Sequence record: NC_010821.1
Length of the DNA stretch: 32,000 bases
From: Pseudomonas phage 201phi2-1
Direction: 5' to 3' (one strand)
Part shown: one piece after another, positions 17,608 through 26,469 of the stretch
Numbering within the stretch: the stretch's first letter is position 1
Layout: each line of letters starts with the position of its first letter
Notes under the pieces: model-generated
What the model saw: the letters and a program-made list of their open reading frames with translations, nothing else
What the model was told of the DNA's origin: nothing
Database searches by the model: none
Position numbers and translations under genes: made by a program

Positions 17608-18489
17608 TCAGTCATCTGGACATTCACATTTAAGAGCGCCACCATTTTGGTAGACTGTACGGGTATCGCAAGTACCACACAACCAAGACTTACCGCCCAT
17701 ACGTGCAGCCATTTCTTTGGCTACTGCACCAGCAACGTTAGCCAGGTCCTCATCGTCCATGTATTCCAGTTCGTCTAGATGGGTATTACGACAAATTGGA
17801 CGGAGATCACCATCACGAATACCATTGAAAACTACACGTGGTGGACGGTTCATCCAGTTAGGATCATAAGGAGTCGGCCGACCATCAGTAGTAAGAGCTA
17901 GCTCGCCTTTCTTAAAGAGGTGCTGACTACCGCTACCCAACTTGATGTCAAATACAGCTGAATCATGCTGATACCTTTTCCAATTAGGATCGTCCTGATA
18001 GATGCGCTCACCCGCTTCGGTCAGGATAGGGTCACCGACTTGGTGCAAAACCACCAATCTTAGATAAGGATGATTCTCCGGGTTTTGTTCGACGAGAAGA
18101 TTACCCGCTTCATCTCTTTTGTACACCGGGTGGGTATAGACTTCATACTTGCGTTCTTTTGGAGTATCGATGTGCGTTTCATTACCTTGACCGTCAATTA
18201 CAATCGCCATTTCTTTTTCCTTGATCGGAATTGCTTTATTAGCATAGTTAAGTTTAAGTTCGCCTTGACGACGGCGAAGTTTTCGCTTTAATCCAAAAAG
18301 ACTAACGTCGTAAACATCTTCGTGATAACGTTCGTGTTTAGTAGAGCGCCAAGGAACCTTCTTGCCATTAGTATCGATTACAGCATCACCGACTTTAACG
18401 CCATGTGGACCCCAAAGATCTTTTGTATGGTATTCAAACTCTCGCCGAGGTACCTCGATAAGACCGCCGGCTCCTAACTCAAGTATCAT
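17608..18489 (-). CDS. Uncharacterised protein with C-terminal zinc-ribbon-like Cys cluster
   Basis: Start moved to ATG at 18489 (MILELG). Ends in 'WLCGTCDTRTVYQNGGALKCECPDD'. Confidence 0.6.
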   Translation of the reverse strand: MILELGAGGLIEVPRREFEYHTKDLWGPHGVKVGDAVIDTNGKKVPWRSTKHERYHEDVYDVSLFGLKRKLRRRQGELKLNYANKAIPIKEKEMAIVIDGQGNETHIDTPKERKYEVYTHPVYKRDEAGNLLVEQNPENHPYLRLVVLHQVGDPILTEAGERIYQDDPNWKRYQHDSAVFDIKLGSGSQHLFKKGELALTTDGRPTPYDPNWMNRPPRVVFNGIRDGDLRPICRNTHLDELEYMDDEDLANVAGAVAKEMAARMGGKSWLCGTCDTRTVYQNGGALKCECPDD

Positions 18490-18518
18490 AAACCGTTCCA
18501 ATGTAAGTTGTAATAGAC

Positions 18519-18534
18519 CCGCGCCGAAGCGCGG
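18519..18534 (-). promoter_or_regulatory. Intercistronic GC-rich hairpin with a UUCG tetraloop on the minus-strand transcript
   Basis: Minus strand reads CCGCGC-TTCG-GCGCGG with no clear U-tract, between the recombinase and the next gene. Confidence 0.6.
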
Positions 18535-18539
18535 ATCGT

Positions 18540-20003
18540 TTATGCCGCCTTAGCGAGCGCTCGTGGGGTGATAGCCGCTTGTTCAGCGTCAGACATCCAG
18601 TAAGGTTTGTAAAGGCCCTTACGCATCCGCAGGAGGTCGTACGTGGACAGGAACTTCTTCTCATTAAGATGTTCGTCTTCTTCGCACATCCAATACCCAC
18701 GAGTCTTATTGAGAATCACATCCCAATCATAACCCATGGCTTTGAGGTCTTCGTAAAGAGCTTTAGGTGTGCAAACTTCTTCAGGGTTATCGGTAGGACC
18801 ATTAGCCCCTTCCAGAACCCAGCGTTGGAATACGATCAACTGAAGCATTTCAGATTGAATCTCCGCTGCACGTTGCAGACTACGCGATTCTTCCAGTTTC
18901 TTACGGACAGTAGTTCGAGACAGCTTGACGTCAGGACAAAGTTCAAGGTAGTAGTTCATCAGGTTACCACCAATCCCCCAGTCGGCTTCTTTACAGTAGT
19001 CGAATTCAGACAGGGATGGTTTAATACCTTCAGACTGTGCAACAAGAATGTTGAATGGTAGATCCGAGATACCATTCTTACCACGCAGGTTCTTAACTTC
19101 CAAGCAACGTAGGTCAGAGTCACCTTGGATCGCCGTAGAGTTATCCAATGGATACTGAGGCATCTTGTCTTTGTTCAACAGTGGTTTGTTGGACAGGATT
19201 TCCCAAACGTTGTTAGGTAGCGAATAGAAGCCGTTAGACACACCTGCAATGGTAGTACCTTTCTTCTGACCAGACAACTTACGTTTGTCAGCAGCGTAGG
19301 GGTCCATCTCGATCACGTCAGCAACGTGAGCTGTCAGCAGCATGTAGGTGTTAGACTTAGCACACAACTGAGGTAGTTGACCAAACAACTGAGCCTTAGC
19401 TTTACCGTTAGCCATGGCGTCCATGTTCAAGCCGCTGCTACCGATAGCATTCTTCTCATACATCGTTGCTACAGCACTAACTTGGAACTTGGAGAACGAG
19501 TCGATGAACCCTACGGTTGGGTACAGGAACTTCTTAGAGTTACCATTGATATCCAAGAATGGACTAGTGCGAAGATAGGTCTTAGATTCTTTCTCTTTTA
19601 CACTCAGTGCATCACGGAACTGTTTGAAGAAATCATCACCAGTGTAACGAGACAAGTCGGTGAAGGTAAACTGTTCGTCATTGACCCAGTCGATATCACG
19701 GAGCTCATCATAGTACTCGCCAATAGTAGACAAGCGACTATGGGGTGTCAATGTACCTTCTGTATCGTAGGTCAGCGCATAGCTGCCTGGAAAGGCACGA
19801 CGGACCATTGCAAGCATGTACATGCAGATGGCCGATTTAAAGTTGTTAGGGCGAGAGCTTACCCCCGTCAGAGATCCAAGACCTCCGTTGAGAATCATCT
19901 CACCGTGTTTACCCTGTTCATACTTACCTGTTGGGATATCCATCAGGCAGCCAATGTTAATAGCTGGCCGGAACGCGGGCTTTTCAAAATGGTTTGCAAA
20001 CAT
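18540..20003 (-). CDS. UvsX/RecA-like recombinase or related P-loop ATPase
   Basis: 'LTGVSSRPNNFKSAICMYML' fits a T4 UvsX-type (..FKS) Walker A. 'VGFIDSFSKF' is Walker B-like and 'NTYMLLTAHVADVI' is sensor-like. AAAGGA RBS. Confidence 0.7.
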   Translation of the reverse strand: MFANHFEKPAFRPAINIGCLMDIPTGKYEQGKHGEMILNGGLGSLTGVSSRPNNFKSAICMYMLAMVRRAFPGSYALTYDTEGTLTPHSRLSTIGEYYDELRDIDWVNDEQFTFTDLSRYTGDDFFKQFRDALSVKEKESKTYLRTSPFLDINGNSKKFLYPTVGFIDSFSKFQVSAVATMYEKNAIGSSGLNMDAMANGKAKAQLFGQLPQLCAKSNTYMLLTAHVADVIEMDPYAADKRKLSGQKKGTTIAGVSNGFYSLPNNVWEILSNKPLLNKDKMPQYPLDNSTAIQGDSDLRCLEVKNLRGKNGISDLPFNILVAQSEGIKPSLSEFDYCKEADWGIGGNLMNYYLELCPDVKLSRTTVRKKLEESRSLQRAAEIQSEMLQLIVFQRWVLEGANGPTDNPEEVCTPKALYEDLKAMGYDWDVILNKTRGYWMCEEDEHLNEKKFLSTYDLLRMRKGLYKPYWMSDAEQAAITPRALAKAA

Positions 20004-20123
20004 TTTTGAGTTTTCCTTTAAGAGTGTTAACTACATAAAGTATCAACTACGGTAATTTAATCCGCTTATTTTATGTTAACAGTGTCGCGACTGTGTTTAA
20101 TAATTTTTATAAGGTACCTTAAA

Positions 20124-21074
20124 ATGAAATATGGATCACTGAGTAAGTACATGGCTGAAGTTGGTGTTGAACCAAGCCAAGAAGATTTCACTGAAGAAGA
20201 AATCGTTTATGATGAAGGCGCACCTGCCCATGTAAATACTGAAACAGAACCATTGGGTGTAGACACCCAACCTGATAACGCACTTTTCAAACAGCTCCAC
20301 ACGATCTCTACAGAAGCTTTGTCTATCGGTAACTTTGCCCGATACTTCTCCCGTAAAGCAGACTCGTTGAATATCACAGTTCAAGAAGGGTTCAAATACC
20401 TGACCACCTATAACTACGAACCAATGGAAACACTACATCCAATGCAGATGGACAACTATGTATCCACATTGGATTTCATGGACCATGAAGATCTTAAAGT
20501 TCCACAACCAACCAGCTTCAAGGGTGAACTACTTCCATATACAGCACTGCTGCTGGAACGCGCCCAGACGATGAACAAAGTTCTGACCAACGTAATTCAG
20601 CCAGCTACCACCCGCTTTGGTCATTACCTGAGCCTGCCTATGGATCGTGCAGAACGTCGTGACTTCGAATATGGTATCAACATCCAAGATGACCGGGATA
20701 AGATGGTTAAGGAAGATGCAGCGTTGTTTGGTAGCAATCGTTCTAGTTCCGCATCACTAGGTCAACTGTTTAACTCGTTCAGTGATTTCGTTTCCGCTGA
20801 GCGTAACATGCAAACAGTAAAAGCTACCTTAGGTGAAGGTGGTATGGATTCTGTTAAGAAAGCCGTACAGGCCCTTACCATTACCGCAGGTGCTCTGATT
20901 AAACGTCTTGGTCAAGACACCAATAACAAACCATCTACTGAGTTTGTTAGAATGATCTCTGATCAACTGACTGAAGTTGCCCGTTGGGTTGAATGGTACG
21001 CAGGTCAAATGACACGCATCATCGAAACTAACAATGCATTGTATGAAGTTGAGAAAGAAATCCTCAAGCTGTAA
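20124..21074 (+). CDS. Putative internal virion/structural protein
   Basis: Start moved from 20073 to ATG 20124. Acidic N-terminus, helical body. Confidence 0.45.
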   Translation: MKYGSLSKYMAEVGVEPSQEDFTEEEIVYDEGAPAHVNTETEPLGVDTQPDNALFKQLHTISTEALSIGNFARYFSRKADSLNITVQEGFKYLTTYNYEPMETLHPMQMDNYVSTLDFMDHEDLKVPQPTSFKGELLPYTALLLERAQTMNKVLTNVIQPATTRFGHYLSLPMDRAERRDFEYGINIQDDRDKMVKEDAALFGSNRSSSASLGQLFNSFSDFVSAERNMQTVKATLGEGGMDSVKKAVQALTITAGALIKRLGQDTNNKPSTEFVRMISDQLTEVARWVEWYAGQMTRIIETNNALYEVEKEILKL

Positions 21075-21084
21075 CGGTATAAAA

Positions 21085-21106
21085 GCCCTCTCCCGAAGGA
21101 GAGGGC
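21085..21106. terminator. Bidirectional hairpin terminator between convergent genes
   Basis: GCCCTCTCC-CGAA-GGAGAGGGC, which is a UUCG tetraloop on the minus strand. Confidence 0.8.
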
Positions 21107-21118
21107 CTTATGCTGCAT

Positions 21119-21523
21119 TTACCGATGCTTTGCTTCAACACAGTAACCTAGAAGACACTTGATATCAGACTCAAGTTTCTCATCAGTACCATAATTAAGC
21201 CAGCAGGGCATCGACCGGATTATCCGACGAACTACACGATCGCTATTTAAATCTACTTTCTCCAATGGAGGAATGTGTTTCCAGATTACGCTCCCAAACA
21301 GCGTAGGGAACTTCATAGCGTTCGAATCTGCAACCAACTGCATACGCTCATTCAGACGATCAATGCTGTTGTGATCGTATGAACTACACTTAACTAATTG
21401 AGCATGCAGTGAAGCTATTACACACATTCTTCGAAACCCCACGTCACTACGAGCCCACAAGCCATGCCAAAAGCTAATGAGTTTCCGACGTGTGGCTGCT
21501 CTGAATTCAGTAATTAGATTCAT
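21119..21523 (-). CDS. Uncharacterised protein (134 aa)
   Basis: ORF directly downstream of the RNase H gene. Confidence 0.5.
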   Translation of the reverse strand: MNLITEFRAATRRKLISFWHGLWARSDVGFRRMCVIASLHAQLVKCSSYDHNSIDRLNERMQLVADSNAMKFPTLFGSVIWKHIPPLEKVDLNSDRVVRRIIRSMPCWLNYGTDEKLESDIKCLLGYCVEAKHR

Positions 21524-21533
21524 GAGTTACCCA

Positions 21534-22979
21534 CTATTTTTTCAGTAAGAACTGGGCGTACGGTGATCCAAAGATAGCATGACCATCTTCAGCCGTAAAC
21601 ACAGTTGAATATGAATAGGCACACGGACCCAACGGGATAACCATTATTTCGACCTTAATGCCCTCACAGGCCATTCTATTAAGTTGATTACGGGACGGAA
21701 TGTCAATAGCGAGACAAAGCTTGATATTGACTTTCTGACCCTTGAACTTAATTGGAATGTCAAGGTGTGTAGTGTTCTGAGTAATGGTTTTCTTAAGTTG
21801 AGTAACCGTCTTCTTACCTACTACGACTTCGTAAAAGTCAGCGGTAATGTCAATTAGATCCACCGACTCTCCAAGTTTACCATCAATGTATTCATTAAGC
21901 CGTCTTTCCATCTGACCGAATTCAAACACGGCTTCGTTCGCCATCCTAGGCGGATTGAGAGTCTTACTAATCAACCCCATTTCTGGAGTTGCCAGTACAT
22001 GGATATCATCAAACTTCAGCAGACCGGCTACACCCATCGTTTCGATAGTCTGACGGTAACTAGCTCGACATGCGTTTGTTAAGTTGATAATACCGAGTTC
22101 TGGTAGGTCCGTACCAAGTGCATCGGCATGGAGTTGCTTAAGGCTTTCAAGATATTCATCAAGTTCCTTAGCTTTGTAGACACCAAATGTGGCCTCAGCA
22201 ATACGACGACCAAACAATAAGTCAGCTTTTGCTAGCTTATCTTTAGCCGTATCACGCGGTTTAAAACCAGCGTTATGCATTCGACCCAAGTTATAAGTAT
22301 AGTAAACACCATCGGGCACTAGTCCAGAATTGATGCCAAAAACCATACGGGTTTCAAGCAGCAAAGGTGAAATAGGTTTCTTCTTAAGCTTGGTGACTTT
22401 CTCACCGTCTACTTTAACCTGCACTGGCGTTGATGTAGCTACACCGCCGCCCCGAAGAGCGTTCTGGTCAGCCTTATCATTACCGATGTCGTTACTATGA
22501 CCTTTAACCCACTCGATCTTGAGTTTATACCCACGATCGTCCCAACGTTTCTTCTGCTCTAACAAATCGAGCCAAAGCTCTTTGTTTTCACGCGGAGTTC
22601 CATCAGGCTTTAGCCAATTAGCTTTGATCCACTTATGAACCCACTGCGTTAGACCCTTGATAACGTATTCGGAATCGGGACGCATAACCAAGCTTTGCGC
22701 CCCGGATTCAAATGCGAGTTTAAATCCTTCTATAGCTGCTGTTAACTCAGCCGTATTATTGGTGGCCCGTCCTTCCACCTTACCGAACGCATCGTAAAAC
22801 TCGATAACGGTACAAGTTTCATCTAATGCAACTTCTTTATAACCTTCGGCAGTAGGCTGCTGTTTAGTGCTAGCCTTTGACGACATAGGTTTGTCATGAT
22901 AAGTGTATCCATGGACACCCCATCCCGCCACGTTCTTTTGGAACGACCCATCTGTGTATAACACAATTCCATCACACAT
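21534..22979 (-). CDS. Ribonuclease HI domain fused to a large uncharacterised C-terminal region
   Basis: GGAGG RBS before ATG 22979. RNase HI catalytic motifs 'LYTDGSF', 'NNTAELTA', 'PDSEYVIKG', 'VKGHSNDIGNDKAD'. Confidence 0.88.
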   Translation of the reverse strand: MCDGIVLYTDGSFQKNVAGWGVHGYTYHDKPMSSKASTKQQPTAEGYKEVALDETCTVIEFYDAFGKVEGRATNNTAELTAAIEGFKLAFESGAQSLVMRPDSEYVIKGLTQWVHKWIKANWLKPDGTPRENKELWLDLLEQKKRWDDRGYKLKIEWVKGHSNDIGNDKADQNALRGGGVATSTPVQVKVDGEKVTKLKKKPISPLLLETRMVFGINSGLVPDGVYYTYNLGRMHNAGFKPRDTAKDKLAKADLLFGRRIAEATFGVYKAKELDEYLESLKQLHADALGTDLPELGIINLTNACRASYRQTIETMGVAGLLKFDDIHVLATPEMGLISKTLNPPRMANEAVFEFGQMERRLNEYIDGKLGESVDLIDITADFYEVVVGKKTVTQLKKTITQNTTHLDIPIKFKGQKVNIKLCLAIDIPSRNQLNRMACEGIKVEIMVIPLGPCAYSYSTVFTAEDGHAIFGSPYAQFLLKK

Positions 22980-23021
22980 CTTAAATACCTCCACCATTAA
23001 ATTCCTGATCTAGATCATTGT

Positions 23022-23444
23022 CTATTTCAGTACATTGTTAGTACAGGTCTCCATCCACTTTAAGTGGGCTTGCTCGTATTCGGAGTGCATTTTATCGATG
23101 TGAGTTTGAAGCTCTTTCATTTTTACGCCTATCATCTTGTCTAAAGCCGGTAGATCTTTAGCAGTTGCCAAATCGACAGCTGTAAGATATTTAGGTTTCT
23201 GAGCATCGCGGGGTAGGACGAAAGCATCACAAGAAACTAACTTACGTTCCTTAGTGGGCTGTTTTACTTTCGGGGTCACCCGGTCCGATACCTCTTTCGT
23301 TTGTTGTTCTTGCCGCCAGGTCGACGTAGAGGTAGATTCATAATGAACCACCGTATTCTGATTTTCATTGACGTATGTAGGTGCGTAAACCACGCACGCA
23401 GAAAGGGTAAGGCATACGCCTAGTAGTAAAGCAATTTTAGACAT
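23022..23444 (-). CDS. Small lipoprotein
   Basis: AAGGGG RBS. 'MSKIALLLGVCLTLSAC' signal peptide and lipobox. Confidence 0.7.
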   Translation of the reverse strand: MSKIALLLGVCLTLSACVVYAPTYVNENQNTVVHYESTSTSTWRQEQQTKEVSDRVTPKVKQPTKERKLVSCDAFVLPRDAQKPKYLTAVDLATAKDLPALDKMIGVKMKELQTHIDKMHSEYEQAHLKWMETCTNNVLK

Positions 23445-23466
23445 GTGGTTCATCCCCTTAAAGGTC

Positions 23467-23754
23467 TTATTTCAGAATATCGCCGAACATCTGACGACGA
23501 AGCAACAAAGCGTCTGTGGCTTTCGATTCATCAGGCTTAGCACACATACTCTCGATGAGTATAAGTTTCTCTGACTTAGCTACACTAAGCTCAACCGTGG
23601 TGTAGAACTGCATTAGGATCGAAATCGCCAAGCAGCCATATACAACAAGGATGTGCAGATTTGCCAGCGCAATTTCTTTTATAGTGAGGTCCCCAAAGAG
23701 AGCTCGCCGAAAGAATGGCCAAAAAAGGAGCAAGGCTCGAATAGTCAAACTCAC
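23467..23754 (-). CDS. Small membrane protein
   Basis: GTG start. Hydrophobic segment 'LHILVVYGCLAISILMQFYTTV'. Confidence 0.55.
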   Translation of the reverse strand: MSLTIRALLLFWPFFRRALFGDLTIKEIALANLHILVVYGCLAISILMQFYTTVELSVAKSEKLILIESMCAKPDESKATDALLLRRQMFGDILK

Positions 23755-23940
23755 CGGAATATCCTCAGGTCAGTAATAAACTAAGCCTACCCATGTAACC
23801 ATAAAGGCTGAAGCATAGACTTGTTGACGGTATTGGTTCTACTAAAGCAAAACTATACCCGACGATTTAAATTAACGCAAGTAGAATTACTGATTGTATA
23901 GATGGTGTTCCATCAAAGCTCTACTCACGAGGAAAGTACA

Positions 23941-25251
23941 ATGTACGAATTGAAAGGCTTTTTCGAATATCCAGCGTATATCAATAACACGGTGGATACA
24001 GTAGCTGTTCTCGGTGAGATCTCCGACAACAGTCTAACCTATGCAAAAGACAAGACTATCCTAACCGGGTCGTCCACCCCAAACGTAGGTCTGATCTCAT
24101 TTCATAGTGTAAGGGACGAAAATGTCGTTCCAGTTGAAGGTGTGTACTATGAACAAACATTGAAGCTCGGTGAGTATATCTTTAACCAAGCTCAAGCAGG
24201 TACTATCACCAACAACCCAACGGCTTTACGTCAGATGATCATGGCCGAGTTTAGCGGCATTGTTCTGGACTTTACGTCTGGTGTAATGCTGACTAACGGT
24301 AACGTTTGGATGCCCGAGTATATCGAGGTTAAGCTCGCTACTCTGGATAATGAAGATAACCGGGTAATCGTTTGGTTAGCTGATGATTCTTTCGCCGCCC
24401 AGTATGATGGGTATGTGATTGAAGTCATTCAGCCTATTTTACCAGTTGATGATTTCTTTAAAGATCCATTGCAAGTAAAGATTCTTCTGGACTCCTACAA
24501 CATCGTTGAGAAACTTGAAGAAGCTCAAGCTCGCCGGGCTCAGTATCCGTATACTCATCTTCGAGCATTCGAATTTGATTACGTAAACCCTGCTGATCAG
24601 ACTAAACGTTGGTCAGCTAAGTGGTTGGTGATCATCTATGGTGAAGCAGGTAATAACCCCGATATCATCAAAGATGCTATCGTTAAAGATATTCTGGACC
24701 AGTCCACACATCCACGGGAAGATTGGGAAACTATCCTCCCAGATTTGTTTCTGACCACCGAGTTTATCTTTACCCCACTGTGGACCAAATACTCGGTACC
24801 TAACTCAGATTTCCGAGCTGGTCTGTATTCCCCAGTCTTCGACCCTAACACTGATATTAATCTGGTATTGCGTACTGCACGTGGACCTGCTTACACCGAC
24901 GTGTTTGTTCGAGCTAACTATCAGTCCAGTGTTAACATCTATAAGTCTCTGGCTTTTGGTGTTGTCGGTAACCCACAGAACCGTAATGGTGTAACTAAGT
25001 TCTATACGAAGTTCCCTGACTACGTTGTAACTGAGGTTGGTAGCGGTGATGCTAACCGTGTTAGTCCTGAAACGCTGGAGTGGATGATGCTGTTCTCAAC
25101 GCTGATCAAAGCGGCTGAGACCATGACTCGCTACACCAGTGTGCCACGCGGGATCTCTCGTATGGTTCGTGATGGTATTGTGTATGCTTCGGCATTCTAT
25201 AAGAACGTCAACTATCTGGTCGCTGCTAAATCATCGGTTGAATCGATTTAA
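23941..25251 (+). CDS. Putative virion structural protein (~436 aa)
   Basis: Start moved from 23902 to ATG 23941 with a GAGGAAA RBS. First gene of the plus-strand structural block. Confidence 0.5.
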   Translation: MYELKGFFEYPAYINNTVDTVAVLGEISDNSLTYAKDKTILTGSSTPNVGLISFHSVRDENVVPVEGVYYEQTLKLGEYIFNQAQAGTITNNPTALRQMIMAEFSGIVLDFTSGVMLTNGNVWMPEYIEVKLATLDNEDNRVIVWLADDSFAAQYDGYVIEVIQPILPVDDFFKDPLQVKILLDSYNIVEKLEEAQARRAQYPYTHLRAFEFDYVNPADQTKRWSAKWLVIIYGEAGNNPDIIKDAIVKDILDQSTHPREDWETILPDLFLTTEFIFTPLWTKYSVPNSDFRAGLYSPVFDPNTDINLVLRTARGPAYTDVFVRANYQSSVNIYKSLAFGVVGNPQNRNGVTKFYTKFPDYVVTEVGSGDANRVSPETLEWMMLFSTLIKAAETMTRYTSVPRGISRMVRDGIVYASAFYKNVNYLVAAKSSVESI

Positions 25252-25255
25252 AATG

Positions 25256-25278
25256 AGGAGAGGGAAACCTCTCCTTTT
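25256..25278 (+). terminator. Rho-independent terminator or attenuator
   Basis: GGAGAGG-GAAA-CCTCTCC-TTTT, 7-bp GC-rich stem with a GNRA-type loop followed by TTTT. Confidence 0.7.
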
Positions 25279-25293
25279 ATAACGGAGCCCCAC

Positions 25294-25779
25294 ATGAAAA
25301 TCTTTGAACTCCCTTTATCGGTAAACACGTTGGGTTCCGATCCAACTCTTCATTTATTTAATGCTTTAAATGAAGCGTACCCTGAATACGAACTAACCCG
25401 TGAGAACTCCAGGATTCTAAAGATCCAGCCCGCGGTTACCAGTACGTATCCCAATCTGACCTACCTCAGGATTCAGAAAGGGGATGATCCAGAGGACGTT
25501 TTCGAATTCTTTTATAATCGTTACAACATCAATGACTATATAACTAACCCGTTGTTTACAGCCAGTGAAGCTGCACAGGCTGCCGCTCTACCAAACTCGG
25601 CAAAACTAGTTGATGTGATTTCAGCCAAGGTTCAATTGAACATGCAACCTAATGACTTCTGGACCAGTATCAATAGCCTTGATTATAGTGGTGGTACAGA
25701 TGGACCTAACTGGTCAATGCAATCGGTTTACGATTCAGTTTACTGGTGTGGCAGTATGTATGTATGGTTACACACCTAA
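25294..25779 (+). CDS. Uncharacterised protein, probably virion-associated
   Basis: 161 aa ORF with a GGAG RBS in the structural block. Confidence 0.5.
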   Translation: MKIFELPLSVNTLGSDPTLHLFNALNEAYPEYELTRENSRILKIQPAVTSTYPNLTYLRIQKGDDPEDVFEFFYNRYNINDYITNPLFTASEAAQAAALPNSAKLVDVISAKVQLNMQPNDFWTSINSLDYSGGTDGPNWSMQSVYDSVYWCGSMYVWLHT

Positions 25780-25802
25780 GACAATCTTCAAGAGTTAAAC
25801 AC

Positions 25803-26426
25803 ATGGCTAATAACCTTATTCCAAAAGTAGGTACGAAAGGTAGGTTTGTATTAAAGCCACCGTTCGACGCTGCGATGATTCCGAATACGCTCTACACCAT
25901 GACCGCGGAGCGGACATTCGACGAGATCGATACATTCGGCACCAACATCTATACTCAGTTCTACCAACCTTTCAATATACCTGAAGCGCAGGTAGCGACT
26001 GATCGCGCAGCGGGTGCGGTCATTATTACATTGATGGCCGACTCAGCCCGCCCTTTATATGTCCCATCGACATATGTACAGTCATACCCAGATCTCAACT
26101 ATAAACCGTATAATCAATACATCGCGGTTCTGTCTTTTGGTCCTCTGGCAGACGATACTTTGTTTGAACCTACCGTCCAAGCACTGAAGAATACAACCAG
26201 TGAGTTCTTGGGTGTAGAACCTGAAGTTCATATTGCATTCATGCCGTTAACAGACATCATCACACCTGAGCAACATGATAACCAAGAAGCTGCACGGCAG
26301 GCCGCTATTAGTAATCGCAGTACCGATTATGCCCGTCTTTACGAAGTTCAAGCGCAGAACGCTCAACTTCAACAACGCGTCAACATCCTTGAGAAGATCG
26401 TTAAAGACAACGGTCTACTTGATTAA
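25803..26426 (+). CDS. Uncharacterised protein, probably virion-associated
   Basis: Start moved from 25746 to ATG 25803 (MANNLIPKVG). C-terminal coiled-coil-like heptads 'QAQNAQLQQRVNILEKIV'. Confidence 0.5.
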   Translation: MANNLIPKVGTKGRFVLKPPFDAAMIPNTLYTMTAERTFDEIDTFGTNIYTQFYQPFNIPEAQVATDRAAGAVIITLMADSARPLYVPSTYVQSYPDLNYKPYNQYIAVLSFGPLADDTLFEPTVQALKNTTSEFLGVEPEVHIAFMPLTDIITPEQHDNQEAARQAAISNRSTDYARLYEVQAQNAQLQQRVNILEKIVKDNGLLD

Positions 26427-26469
26427 CAACCTTATGTAGAACTACATCCCTATTACCCGGAGTAATTAA

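Noticed and set aside
18579-19061. 160-aa plus-strand ORF opposite the recombinase C-terminus
   Set aside because: Antisense overlap with no supporting motif or gene context.
19377-20009. 210-aa plus-strand ORF opposite the recombinase gene
   Set aside because: Fully antisense to a gene with clear ATPase motifs, and it has no recognisable domain.
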